NCBI GenBank assembly: GCA_027339965.1
Contig: DAHWNL010000009.1
Location: 29,733 to 93,732 of the forward strand
Length of the DNA: 64,000 bases
Direction of reading: 5' to 3'
From: Granulicella sp.
GTDB taxonomy: Bacteria; Acidobacteriota; Terriglobia; Terriglobales; Acidobacteriaceae
The translations under genes were made by a program, and so were the position numbers. The notes under the pieces were generated by a model, which was given only the letters and a program-made list of their open reading frames with translations, was not told where the DNA came from and made no database searches. Positions 41,579 to 51,777 of this stretch are shown here, one piece after another. How positions within the stretch are numbered: the stretch's first letter is position 1; the number at the start of each line of letters is the position of its first letter.

Positions 41579-42946
41579 CTACGCCCCAAGCTCGGCGCGG
41601 ATCGCGTCGGCGATCGCGTTCGCGTGGCGATGCATCGCCTCTTCACTTGCCGCCTCAATCATCACTCGGGCCAGCGCCTCCGTTCCGGAGTAGCGGATCA
41701 CAATGCGGCCCGTATCCTTCAGGTCCTGCTCTGCCGCCTTGATCGTGGCCACCACGGCTGGAATCGTGTCCAGCGGCCGCTTCTCCCGCACCTTCACATT
41801 CAGGATGATCTGCGGGTAGTTGGTCAGGTCCGCGATCAGCCGGCCGAGCGCCAGCCCACTGCGGTGAATCAGATCCAGCACCAACAGCGCTGTGAGCAGA
41901 CCATCGCCGGTGGTGGCGCGGGCGGGGAACAAAATGTGGCCGGACTGCTCTCCTCCCAGCGCTGCCCCTGAGTTGCGCATCTCTTCCAGAACATACTTGT
42001 CGCCCACCGGAGCGCGCAGCATACGAATCCCCGTACGGGCAAAGGCGGCCGCCAGACCCATGTTGGACATGGTCGTAGCCACCACAATGTTGTTCGCCAA
42101 CTCGCCACGCGCCTGCAGATCGCGCGCGCAGGCCAGCATCACCGCATCGCCGTTCACCACCTTGCCGTTCTCGTCGGCAAACAGCGCGCGGTCCGCATCG
42201 CCGTCAAAGGTGATCCCCAGCGTCGCGCCAGAGACCTTCACCTGGGCGGCGACAATCTCTGGATGCAGCGCGCCGCACTGTTCGTTGATGTTCCGTCCGT
42301 CCGGGGAAGCGTGAGTGATCTCCACCGTGCCGTGCAAAGACTGAAAAAGCTGAGGCGCGACCATGCCGGCAGCTCCGTTGGCGCAATCCAATACGATGTG
42401 CCGGTTATCCAGAGAGAGGCCGGGAACCGCATCCAGCAGGAAGCGAATGTAATCCGCGCGATACCTCTCGTTCGCTTCGGGAGATTCCGGCGCCTCCGGC
42501 ATCTCCGGGTCTGCGGCCAGCACTCGGTCGATCTCCTCTTCGATGCCGATCTCCACCTCGTCCGGGAGCTTGTAACCATCGCCGCCGAAGACCTTGATGC
42601 CGTTGTCTCTCCACGGATTGTGGCTGGCCGAGATGACCACCCCGGCTTGAAAACCGTGCCGGCGCGCCAGGAAGGCGATCGCCGGGGTGGTGATGATTCC
42701 AGCCGACTCGACTCTGGCCCCCGCGTCGCGGAGCCCGGCAGCCAGCATGGCGCTGATCCACGGCCCGCTCTCGCGCGTGTCCATGCCCATCAGAACCCTC
42801 ACCTGCCCCTCGGAGGGCGCGCCAAAGTGGGCCTCCGTGGCCAACCGGGTGGCAAGAGCAACGCCAACTGCATAGATGGTGCGCCTGTCCAGCGGCGCTT
42901 CGCCGGCCACCGCTCGAATTCCGTCTGTTCCGAATAACTTGCGCAT
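41579..42946 (-). CDS. glmM: Phosphoglucosamine mutase
   Basis: RKLFGTDGIR; GVVISASHNP..DNGIK; FDGDADR; GGEQSGH; RYSGTE. Confidence 0.96.
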   Translation of the reverse strand: MRKLFGTDGIRAVAGEAPLDRRTIYAVGVALATRLATEAHFGAPSEGQVRVLMGMDTRESGPWISAMLAAGLRDAGARVESAGIITTPAIAFLARRHGFQAGVVISASHNPWRDNGIKVFGGDGYKLPDEVEIGIEEEIDRVLAADPEMPEAPESPEANERYRADYIRFLLDAVPGLSLDNRHIVLDCANGAAGMVAPQLFQSLHGTVEITHASPDGRNINEQCGALHPEIVAAQVKVSGATLGITFDGDADRALFADENGKVVNGDAVMLACARDLQARGELANNIVVATTMSNMGLAAAFARTGIRMLRAPVGDKYVLEEMRNSGAALGGEQSGHILFPARATTGDGLLTALLVLDLIHRSGLALGRLIADLTNYPQIILNVKVREKRPLDTIPAVVATIKAAEQDLKDTGRIVIRYSGTEALARVMIEAASEEAMHRHANAIADAIRAELGA

Positions 42947-43184
42947 GCTCGTCCTTCAAACTTGATTTGCACCCTTGATGTTAGAGCAATCTCGCTGTGG
43001 ATGGATCCCCAGGATCAGGCGTGAAACTCTGAATCTGTTGAAGGAGCGATCTCTCGCAGCGTGGACCCCACGCGAACCATCCGGCAGACGACGCTCTCTG
43101 CCGACCCCGTCTTCCGCAGGGCGCGAGATTTCAGCAAGCCGGAGGCCTTGTTCGCCCAGCCCGGCCTGGCTGCCCTGCAGGTTT

Positions 43185-44918
43185 CTACTCGCTCGTGTCC
43201 ACCGTGGCGCGCAGGCGGCCTTGGGCGAGTTGGGCCGTAATCGCAGCTCCAGCGCCGACCTGGCTGGAGCTGCGCAGCAGACCGCCGTCGGAGCCATAGA
43301 CCAGCGCATAGCCTCGTTCCAGAACACGGTAGGGGCTCAGCGCCTCCAGCCGTGTGGCAGCGCGATCCAAGCGGCTGGCCGCAGTCTGCAAAAGGCTGGC
43401 GTGAGCCACACGGAGGCGCTGCTCCTGGGATTGCACGCTATGGCGATTCCTTGCCAGACGGAGCGAAACGTGCTGCCGGTTTATTCTGCTCTCCAGTTGC
43501 GTCAGGAGCGCCAGATGGCGGCGAAGGGTCCTCTCCACAGAGACTTGGCTGCGACCGGTAAGATCGTCCAGACGCTGCGCACGCCTCTCCAATCCGGTTC
43601 GGGCCTTGCGCAGAATCGCGTCGGCGTTCAGCGCGGAGACGCTCTGCCGCAGGCGCAAAACGTTGTAGTTGCAGGCGCGCATCAGCCGCGTTCTCAAAGG
43701 GGCGAGCCGATCGGCCAGCCCATAGTAACCGGCGGTAAGAATCTCCGCAGCGGCGGAAGGCGTTGGAGCGTGATGGTCCGCAGCCGCATCGGCAATGGTG
43801 GTGTCTGTGGCATGGCCGATGCCGGTAATCACCGGAAGATACGAACTGGCAATCGCCCGCGCGACGTCCTCGGAGTCGAAACCATGGAGATCCTCCCAGG
43901 AGCCTCCACCACGCGCCACCAGAATGATGTCCGCGACACCCGCGGCCGGATGGCCTTCCCGGCCTCTTGGAGAGCTGTTTGCAGCGGGAAGATCCGACGC
44001 TTGCATCTCCTTTGAGGCGGAAAGATCGCCGTCCGCCTGGGCTGCCTTCTGCGCGCGCAGGCTGAACCATCGGACGCCCGCTGCCACCTCGGCCGCGCAG
44101 TTCGGGCCCTGCACGGAGGCTGGATAGATCAGCAAACGGACCCCGGCATGGCGACGGCGGCAGACCTTGATGATGTCGCGCAGCGCAGCGCCTTGCAGGC
44201 TGGTCACCACGCCGATGCAACGCGGAAACGGAGGCAACGGCCGGGCGTTGACGAACAGACCCTCCTTCCGTAAGCGTTCCTTCAAGGCCTGGGTGGCAGC
44301 TAGAGCAGCGCCCAACCCGGTCTGCTGCATCGTCTCTGCCACAAGCTGAAGCTGACCGCGCTGCTCGTACACGGACATCGAACCGGAGACGCGCATGGAA
44401 TCTCCATCCTTGGGGCGGAAGCGCAACAGAGATGCCTGGCGGCGAAAGAGAACGATCGAGAGCTGGGCCTCGGCGTCCTTCAAAGTGAAGTAGCAGTGGC
44501 CGCTCGAAGCCGGGCGCCAGTTGGAGATTTCGCCCTCCACCGTGACGCGGTTGTGGGTGCGTTCCACCAGGTTCCGGACATGGCGGACAAGTTCTCCTAC
44601 GCTGAAGACCTCGGGCGGTACGGCCGTTGGAAACCCATCCTTCTTCTCCGCTTCTGCGGGAGGCCGACCCGGCACATCCGCCTGGATTCGATCGGCGTGG
44701 GTTGGATTCTGCGGCGCCGGAAGCGGCTCTGCTGGAAGCATTCCGGCGTGGGCGCTCAATGCCCGCGAACGGGCCGGCTTGGGGGCAACATCATCTTCTC
44801 TCGGACTGTCATCTGGATCCACGGATTCAAACAACGAAGGCGGAACACACTTCACAGGTGCCGGCGTGCGCATGCGGGAGCGGCGAAGATCGGCGAAACT
44901 GGGGATTTCGTCAGGCAT
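43185..44918 (-). CDS. xseA: Exodeoxyribonuclease VII large subunit
   Basis: VEGEISN...SSGHCYFTLKD; IGVVTS..GAALRD; VQG; VARGGGS.EDL; TGIGHATD; APTPSAAAE; LSP..VLERGYA. Confidence 0.95.
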   Translation of the reverse strand: MPDEIPSFADLRRSRMRTPAPVKCVPPSLFESVDPDDSPREDDVAPKPARSRALSAHAGMLPAEPLPAPQNPTHADRIQADVPGRPPAEAEKKDGFPTAVPPEVFSVGELVRHVRNLVERTHNRVTVEGEISNWRPASSGHCYFTLKDAEAQLSIVLFRRQASLLRFRPKDGDSMRVSGSMSVYEQRGQLQLVAETMQQTGLGAALAATQALKERLRKEGLFVNARPLPPFPRCIGVVTSLQGAALRDIIKVCRRRHAGVRLLIYPASVQGPNCAAEVAAGVRWFSLRAQKAAQADGDLSASKEMQASDLPAANSSPRGREGHPAAGVADIILVARGGGSWEDLHGFDSEDVARAIASSYLPVITGIGHATDTTIADAAADHHAPTPSAAAEILTAGYYGLADRLAPLRTRLMRACNYNVLRLRQSVSALNADAILRKARTGLERRAQRLDDLTGRSQVSVERTLRRHLALLTQLESRINRQHVSLRLARNRHSVQSQEQRLRVAHASLLQTAASRLDRAATRLEALSPYRVLERGYALVYGSDGGLLRSSSQVGAGAAITAQLAQGRLRATVDTSE

Positions 44919-45325
44919 CTACACAAGAGTCTAGCCCGCAGACGGAAGGTGCGAAAGGAGCCCCCGGTTGCTTCCCCTTTGGGAGCCATGGCTCCATGCT
45001 TTCCAGGCTCGGCATCATAGCGTCGCTAAAGCAGTTTCAGTGTAGATGTACCCAATGCCTCGATTTCTATGGGCGTTTTCCCCAATGAAAACGCCACTGG
45101 AAGCCCTCTTTGGGACACCCATCAACACTGAAAATGCTATCAACTCTTTCGAGGATTCCACCTGCCTCCGGCAGCTCCGCAACATGACAGCCCCTCCATA
45201 GCGCAGCTACATGGACGACGAGGCTATTGCGGACGCCTGGCGCCAGGCATCCCGGCGTCTCCATACACTCCACCCGGCTCATTGGTCTCGGCAAGGGAGG
45301 GTGCCAGAGGGCTGAGCACGGACCT

Positions 45326-45700
45326 TCACGCGGTTCGTAGCAGGGACTCGGCCTCACGCAGAAGGATCTCGGGACGACAAGGTTTATTGAGGAGTTTTAG
45401 CGGACGGCGGGTTCGGGTCACATGCTGCTCCACTTTGGCGACGTTCCCTGAGTAGGCAGTCAGCATCAGCAGCTTGCACTCCGGCATCTCCTGCTGCACC
45501 GTATCAGCCAGTTGCAGACCGCTCGAATCAGGCATGGACACGTCACAGAGCAGAAGCCCTGGATTGAAGCTGCGCGCACGATCCAAGCCCTCAGCAGCCG
45601 AGTAAGCCGCTTCGGACTCATACCCGTTAGCCTGAAAGACCAGATTGAGAGTGTCTGCCACCAGGTGGTCATCGTCTACAACCAAAACTCGCTGTTTCAT
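45326..45700 (-). CDS. Stand-alone response regulator receiver domain
   Basis: RVLVVDDD; LLLCDVSMP (phospho-Asp); MLTA; NKP. Confidence 0.9.
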   Translation of the reverse strand: MKQRVLVVDDDHLVADTLNLVFQANGYESEAAYSAAEGLDRARSFNPGLLLCDVSMPDSSGLQLADTVQQEMPECKLLMLTAYSGNVAKVEQHVTRTRRPLKLLNKPCRPEILLREAESLLRTA

Positions 45701-46049
45701 GAGACACCTCGGGCCCAAAATCCGTGACGAATATTCTTTGGCGAAACCATGCGGCAGATACAATCAGAGAAGACCAAACCCCTCAGAGTGAACAGCCGCC
45801 TCTGAATGCCATCGCCGATCCACAACTCAAAGATGAAAGCTACCTAGATGCTAGACTCCTCCGCGGCAAAAAAGCTAGGCCAAATCCTGAAATTTCATTG
45901 AATTCTCCTTAAATCGCTCTCGGCGGTTTCCGCGGTTCTGCTCCTTGGGAGCGAGCCTCTGCGGGCAATCTCCACAGGCAATCTCTCTTGCGCGACAAGC
46001 CGGGGTGGCCAGCCGGGCCCACCGGCTGAAGATGCAACATCAAAAACCG

Positions 46050-47681
46050 TCAGCTTTGGTCAGCCAGCCGTGCCTGGACTCTGTCCGCGAGCCGCAAGGC
46101 CAGCGCCAGCATCATCAACGAGGGCAGTTGCGGACTTCCATCGGGGAACGTCGCTGCGCCGGCAATGGAGAGATTCTCCACCCCATGCACCCGCATCTGC
46201 GCATCCACCACGCTGCTGCGGGGATCCTCTCCCATGCAGGCGCCGCCCATGGCGTGGCAGGCATCCTCAAGACCCTCCATCGGCTTATCGTCGGCGAGAA
46301 CCTCTCTGGCCCACTGCACCCCCTTGAGCCCCATCGCCTGAAACTCCTCCCGAAGATGCGTCGCATAGCGCCGAATCGACCCCAGCTCGTGGCTGGTCAC
46401 GCGCCAATCCACCACCGCCTGCGGTACTCCAAACGGATCGATCCGGTCTCCGAGCGTGATACGAGAGCGGGATGGCGCATCCTGAGCTACATTGAATTGC
46501 AGCGACAAGACTGCTTTGCTGGACAGAAACCGCCGGTTTTGCAGCTTGGCTCCCAGCACCAGCCGGGCCCCGTCCAGCATCGCTTCCGGAATCTTCAGCG
46601 CATGCGCCGCAAGCGCCCGGCTGATCTCACCCTGCTGCCACGCGGTCAGGATCTCACGCACCACCCCAACGCCCCTCCCCGGGGGCTCTTCAATCGCAAT
46701 ATGAGCCAGAATCGGGTTCAGATCCAACCTCTTGCGCAACTCCATCGAAGCTTCCAGCTTCACGCTGTGCAGCGTTCCGCCACGCATGTCGCTCCAACCG
46801 GCAAAGAAGACCCACGGTCGCAACTCGCCAGCGACCCGCTTCCGCGCCTCTCCGGCCAGCGTGGCTGCCGGCAAGGTCAGATGATCGTGAAAGTTTCGCC
46901 CTACCTGATCCTGCGCATTGCCGACACCCGCCTCCGCCACCGAGCGTGAGGCCAGCAAAAGCCGTACCGTCTCGACGGTTCCCGCCGCCAGAACCACCTC
47001 CTGAGCCTGAAAGCGAACCAGCGCTCCAGCCGGAGTCTTCACCACCACGGATGCGACTCGGCCCGGGTGATATGCCGGGCTGCTTGCCCCTTCAGCGCGG
47101 CGACTCTCCGAACCCAACTGCAACTCCACCACCTGGGCGTGCAGATACACCCGGGCGCGGCTAAGCAACTCCCTTCCCAGCGAGGCCGCCAGGTTTCTGC
47201 GCGGATACGCCATCCACTTGGAGACTCTTGCATCCACCCCGCGCAGCTCTGGCAGCATTGACGGCATGGGAGCCCCGATGGTCGCAAAGAAGCCGGCCGC
47301 GTCAAACGGAAGCCTTCCCACCTCAAGAAGCCTCTCCGCCTCCTCAACAAAGGGAGCCATCTCTTCAGGCCGCACCGGCCAGGCCGCTCCACCCCCCGTC
47401 GCGAGCACCTGGCCTCCCCAGCGCAGGGACGAGCCTCCAAAGACCCGAAACCGCCCCTCGGTCGTGCCCAGATTAGCCTGCCCTCTCAGCTCCGCCGAGG
47501 CAAAGATCTCCTGCCCATCCGCCTCCAGACAGCGCCCGCCAGCCTCCAGCACGACGACATCCGCTCCGCCCAGGGCCAGCCTTCGCGCCAGGGCCAGACC
47601 AGCGATCCCAGCTCCGATCACGCACACCTGCGCTCGGACAGCCTCTCCGGGAGCCTCCACGGTCGCAAGATCGATCTCCAT
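46050..47681 (-). CDS. GMC-family FAD oxidoreductase
   Basis: VCVIGAGIAG; FGGSS.RWGG; VVLAAGTVETVRLLL; VGRNFHDH; H.MGGACMG...SVVD...VHGVENL.IAG. Confidence 0.9.
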   Translation of the reverse strand: MEIDLATVEAPGEAVRAQVCVIGAGIAGLALARRLALGGADVVVLEAGGRCLEADGQEIFASAELRGQANLGTTEGRFRVFGGSSLRWGGQVLATGGGAAWPVRPEEMAPFVEEAERLLEVGRLPFDAAGFFATIGAPMPSMLPELRGVDARVSKWMAYPRRNLAASLGRELLSRARVYLHAQVVELQLGSESRRAEGASSPAYHPGRVASVVVKTPAGALVRFQAQEVVLAAGTVETVRLLLASRSVAEAGVGNAQDQVGRNFHDHLTLPAATLAGEARKRVAGELRPWVFFAGWSDMRGGTLHSVKLEASMELRKRLDLNPILAHIAIEEPPGRGVGVVREILTAWQQGEISRALAAHALKIPEAMLDGARLVLGAKLQNRRFLSSKAVLSLQFNVAQDAPSRSRITLGDRIDPFGVPQAVVDWRVTSHELGSIRRYATHLREEFQAMGLKGVQWAREVLADDKPMEGLEDACHAMGGACMGEDPRSSVVDAQMRVHGVENLSIAGAATFPDGSPQLPSLMMLALALRLADRVQARLADQS

Positions 47682-47796
47682 CCACCCTCTTCCGTGCAGC
47701 GGACATGAATCTCTTCTCGAATTGCTCCCGGGTCCGGCTTGGAGGAAGAGTCACCCTTCGAACATGGAGGCGACCCCTCTACCACCGCCTCCGCTC

Positions 47797-50232
47797 TTAC
47801 CGCTCCGGCGAGATCCGAATAGGGGTGCCCGGACCGGGAGGTCCATCATCACCCGGCAGGCTCTTCTTGCGCCGCTTCACTGGCGGCGCCGAACTCGGCC
47901 CCTTCTGCTTGCGGCCGTTCTTCCGCACGGCTCCGGTCTCGATGACGGCACGCATCCAGTAATCTCCGTTCTCATCCACCTCAACGCCGTGCGTCTCGCG
48001 CTCAAAGCCCGGGAAGCGCTTGCCGAACTCCTCCATGGCCAGGATCAGCTTGATCACCGGACTCTCGGCGTTTCCCAGCCGCTCCCCCGGCATCGACATG
48101 GGGATTCCCGGTGGGTACGGGACCAGCATCACGGCGGCAATCCGCCCGGCCATCTCGCTAAAACGCACCTTCTCGGTCTCTCCACGCAAGAGCTTTTGAT
48201 AGGTCTGTGCCGGCGTCAGCACCGGATCAAAGTCCTCGTCGGCGGCCGCATTCACCAGCGCCGGAAGCCTCAGCTGCTTCATCACGGAGTGCATCTCGTC
48301 GCTCAGCTCTTTCAGCGTCACATTGCGGTAGCGAGCCGGATATTTCATCACCAACTCCGGCAGCGCCTCTTCCAGCGGCGCCTCGCTGTCGTAAAGCCGT
48401 TTGAACTCGAAGAGATTTTCCAGCAGCGCTCCCCACTTGCCTTTGCTGGTGCCCACGGAGAACAGAACCAGGACGGTGTAATCCCCCGTCCGCGCAATCT
48501 CCACCCGGCGGCCATCCAGAAACTCGGTGAGAATGGCGGCGGGAATTCCCCAGTCGGCAAAGACGCCCTGGGCGTTCACGCCCGGGGAAAGAATCGTCAC
48601 CTTGGTGGGGTCCAGCATGCAGTAGTCGTCAGCGATATCCTCATCCTGGTAACCATGCCACTCTTCACCCGGCTTCAGCGTCCAGGCGCTGGAGCGGTTG
48701 GTCAGCAGACCATCAGCCGCCTCCTCCAACAGATACGTCTTGCCGTCCAGCGGATCAAAGACGTACTCCGGTTGGTAGAGACGGAAGAACCATCCCTGCT
48801 CGGCCTTGCGCAGCCGGTGCGCAATCGACGACATCGCCTTGCGAAAGCTGATGGCGTCCTGCAGCGTCTCGCTCATCAACGTTGGGCCGGCAGGATCATC
48901 CATCATCGCCGCAGCCACATCGATGGACGCAATCAAAGGATAGAAGGGCGAGGTGCTGCCGTGCATCATGAACGCTTCATTGAACTGGTCGTAGTCCAGC
49001 GGCGCCCGCGGGCTCAGCTTGACATGCACCATGGATGCCATGGAGAAGGCGGCCAGCATCTTGTGCGTGGACTGGGTGGAGAAGATCACCGGACGGTCCG
49101 GCATCTCGTCCCGCACGCCCATGGCATAACGTCCTCGATAGATCTCGTGAAACTTCGCATAGGCGTACCACGCCTCATCGAAGTGTATCCGTGGAACGCT
49201 CTTGGAGAGCTCCTCTACCACCCGGTCAACGTTGTAGCAGAGCCCATCGTAGGTAGAGTTGGTCACTACGGCGTAGGTCGGCGTCCTGGAGCGCGCCCCG
49301 GTGGTGAAGGGGCTGCGGTCGATCAGCGCCTGCACGTTCTCCGGGCTGAAGCGCTTGATGGGTACCAGCCCAATCATCCCGTAGCCATTGCGCGTCGGTT
49401 TGAAGTACACCGGCCGGGCCCCGGTAACCGTCAGCGAGTGAGAGATCGACTTGTGACAGTTGGCATCGGCCAGCACCATGTCATCCTGCGCAATCACGCC
49501 GTGACCGACAATCTGGTTGGAAGCGGAAGATCCCCCGAGCACATAAAAGGTCCAGTCGGCACCGAAGATGCGCGCCGCGTTGCGTTCACTCTCACCCGGA
49601 GGGCCAAGGTGGTCCAGCCACGACCCAAGCGGCGAGGTGGAGATTCCAAGGTCCGAGCGCATGATGTTTTCGCCAAAGAACTTGTGAAACTCCATTCCCA
49701 CCGGATGCTTGAGATAGGCCACTCCACCCATGTGTCCGGGAGCGTCCCAGGAGTAGGCTCCCTGGTCGGTGTACTTCTTCAGTTCTCGGAAATAGGGCGG
49801 CAACAGTTGCTCGTGATAACGCTCCACGGCAAAGTCCACACGGTTGGCGATGAACGCCGGCGTGTCCCCGAAGAGATGAATGTACTCATGGACCTGCTTG
49901 ACCACCTCCAGAGGCAGCTCGCTCACCAAGGTGCGGTCCGCGATCAGAAAGATTGGGATCTTCTTGTTCCGGCGGCGAACCGCGCGCAGGATCTTCAACG
50001 CGGCACGCTCATCGAACTGGTTCTCCCCCTCTAAATCCCAGTCCAGCAGGATCGCGCTGTGCGATGGATCTGAAGTGACCAACGACAAGCCGTCCTCCGG
50101 CGTCGAAGTCCTCACCACCTCATAGCCCTCTGCGGCTATGGCCTCCACCAGACGTTCCATCGCCCGGTCCGAGACGGAGTCGGTCCCGCCCACCTCACTC
50201 GCAATCAGGAGAACCCAACGACCCTCGTTCAT
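47797..50232 (-). CDS. PLP-dependent Orn/Lys/Arg decarboxylase (AdiA/CadA/SpeF-type, with wing domain)
   Basis: Receiver-like wing domain; W.APGH.GG; NCHKS; TNSTYDG; HFDEAW; STQSTHK (PLP Lys); STSPFYP; LDP.KVT; VPYPPGIP. Start ATG 50232 with SD GAGGTG. Confidence 0.93.
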   Translation of the reverse strand: MNEGRWVLLIASEVGGTDSVSDRAMERLVEAIAAEGYEVVRTSTPEDGLSLVTSDPSHSAILLDWDLEGENQFDERAALKILRAVRRRNKKIPIFLIADRTLVSELPLEVVKQVHEYIHLFGDTPAFIANRVDFAVERYHEQLLPPYFRELKKYTDQGAYSWDAPGHMGGVAYLKHPVGMEFHKFFGENIMRSDLGISTSPLGSWLDHLGPPGESERNAARIFGADWTFYVLGGSSASNQIVGHGVIAQDDMVLADANCHKSISHSLTVTGARPVYFKPTRNGYGMIGLVPIKRFSPENVQALIDRSPFTTGARSRTPTYAVVTNSTYDGLCYNVDRVVEELSKSVPRIHFDEAWYAYAKFHEIYRGRYAMGVRDEMPDRPVIFSTQSTHKMLAAFSMASMVHVKLSPRAPLDYDQFNEAFMMHGSTSPFYPLIASIDVAAAMMDDPAGPTLMSETLQDAISFRKAMSSIAHRLRKAEQGWFFRLYQPEYVFDPLDGKTYLLEEAADGLLTNRSSAWTLKPGEEWHGYQDEDIADDYCMLDPTKVTILSPGVNAQGVFADWGIPAAILTEFLDGRRVEIARTGDYTVLVLFSVGTSKGKWGALLENLFEFKRLYDSEAPLEEALPELVMKYPARYRNVTLKELSDEMHSVMKQLRLPALVNAAADEDFDPVLTPAQTYQKLLRGETEKVRFSEMAGRIAAVMLVPYPPGIPMSMPGERLGNAESPVIKLILAMEEFGKRFPGFERETHGVEVDENGDYWMRAVIETGAVRKNGRKQKGPSSAPPVKRRKKSLPGDDGPPGPGTPIRISPER

Positions 50233-50480
50233 ACACCTCGTTCCTGCTCCATGGTACAGGCTCCGGACCGAGGAATCACCCGCTTCCCAGATCACCTTGC
50301 AAAATTACAGACAAAAAATGAAGTCTGGCTCGATCAGCCTTTTCATGTGCGCCGGCCGAAACGCCACGGCGCCGTTTCTCTGCAGAAAACGGCGCCGGAG
50401 TTGGGTTCAAGATAAAACACCCGCAACTTATCCGCGAACGAGAGTTCGGAGCGGCAAACCAGCCCCACCGAGGCATCCGC

Positions 50481-51425
50481 CTAGTCTAAATTCACGCCGG
50501 GATGCACATTTTGCGGTACGTGAAGCTTGATGCCCTTTTGACTGGTCGTCAGCTTGATGTGAACCAGCGTGTCTGCCTTGAGTTTGGTCGCCGGCAAATC
50601 GAACCGCACCAGATAACTGTTCCCCACCGCCTGCTTGAAGTCCTTCAGGTAAGGAGTCAGATCGGGCGGGGTAATGGTTCCGATGTTGTACGATTCGGCT
50701 CCCGTGGCCTCGCCAACCTGGGCCAGATAGCTCTGACCGCTCAAACTCCCCCGAGCCCGGTGCGGCCAGTCCTGTCCCCAGTAGATCGAGTACACGGCCA
50801 CCCCGGCCCGCTCGGCGTCTTCCTGCGCCGTCTGTACATAGGGGCTATCCTGATTCATGATCGAGTAGGAGCCGTTGTACGGGTCAATGCCGTTGGTGAT
50901 CATCAAGACGAACCTCGGACCCGGCAAATTCGATGGCCATTGCTTCACAAACTGCGACAGAGTGAAGTACGGACTTGCATCCACACCCGCAATCTGGATC
51001 GGAATCCGTATCTGCTTCACCACGGCCCGGTGATCCGCGCTGAAGGAATGCATGCCTAGCACAATGCCGTTGCGCATGTACCCCAGCAACACCTGGACGC
51101 CCGGCGGTAGGTCCATGATGAACTGCGCCAGGTCGTTGAGTTGATTGTCGAATGAACCCCGCAGCCCGTCATCGATCAGAATGGCCAGTTGCGTGGTCGG
51201 CGGGGGAATCGGCGTGACAGAGCGGATGGGGATGACATCGCGCCCCACTTGGAGCTTCAGCTTGCTTGGATCCAACGGCCTCAGAGTCTTGGTTTCCACC
51301 GTGATGGTGGCCGTGGTGGGGAGCAGGGCTTCGTTGGGAATCCCCTGGGCGAACACAGACGGAGCCACAGCCGCAACCCCGGCCAGCAGAACGGGTAATA
51401 CTCTCCTAAAGCGATTCCTGGACAT
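50481..51425 (-). CDS. Secreted hypothetical protein with degenerate VWA-like fold
   Basis: Signal peptide (..VAPSVFAQ); LAILIDDG, VLMITNG, GVAVYSIY and L...ATG pattern reminiscent of VWA domains. Confidence 0.7.
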   Translation of the reverse strand: MSRNRFRRVLPVLLAGVAAVAPSVFAQGIPNEALLPTTATITVETKTLRPLDPSKLKLQVGRDVIPIRSVTPIPPPTTQLAILIDDGLRGSFDNQLNDLAQFIMDLPPGVQVLLGYMRNGIVLGMHSFSADHRAVVKQIRIPIQIAGVDASPYFTLSQFVKQWPSNLPGPRFVLMITNGIDPYNGSYSIMNQDSPYVQTAQEDAERAGVAVYSIYWGQDWPHRARGSLSGQSYLAQVGEATGAESYNIGTITPPDLTPYLKDFKQAVGNSYLVRFDLPATKLKADTLVHIKLTTSQKGIKLHVPQNVHPGVNLD

Positions 51426-51777
51426 TTCCTCTTCCTCCATACAGTTAGACGGTCTTCTCCGACTCAGGATGGCACCCAGGTCTCCGAGGAGATCGTACGC
51501 CATCCTGACCGGATCCAAACATCGGATCCAAGCCGCGCTTCCGGCAAGGAATCTTCCGAGGCGGCGTACCCGGAAGCCTCCCGGCAGGGACCGCACCTCG
51601 CCGCCGAGCCTGCGCCCTCCAAGCTCAGTAATGTGGCATTAACCCACATCCAGACAGTGAGATGCAGAAAGATGCTTTGAGGTGAGCATGCTCTGAACTC
51701 TCCGGTTTTGCAGGCAGCCTGGGCAGCGGCTCCCGGCAAAACCGGATCCTCCCCTCGAAGACCCCTTCCCTCGGGGC

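Noticed and set aside
47218..50034. 938-aa plus-strand ORF (and similar long antisense ORFs such as 9607-10983, 16812-18260, 36756-38147)
   Set aside because: They lie antisense to well-supported genes, have no recognisable motifs, and are expected shadows of high-GC codon bias.
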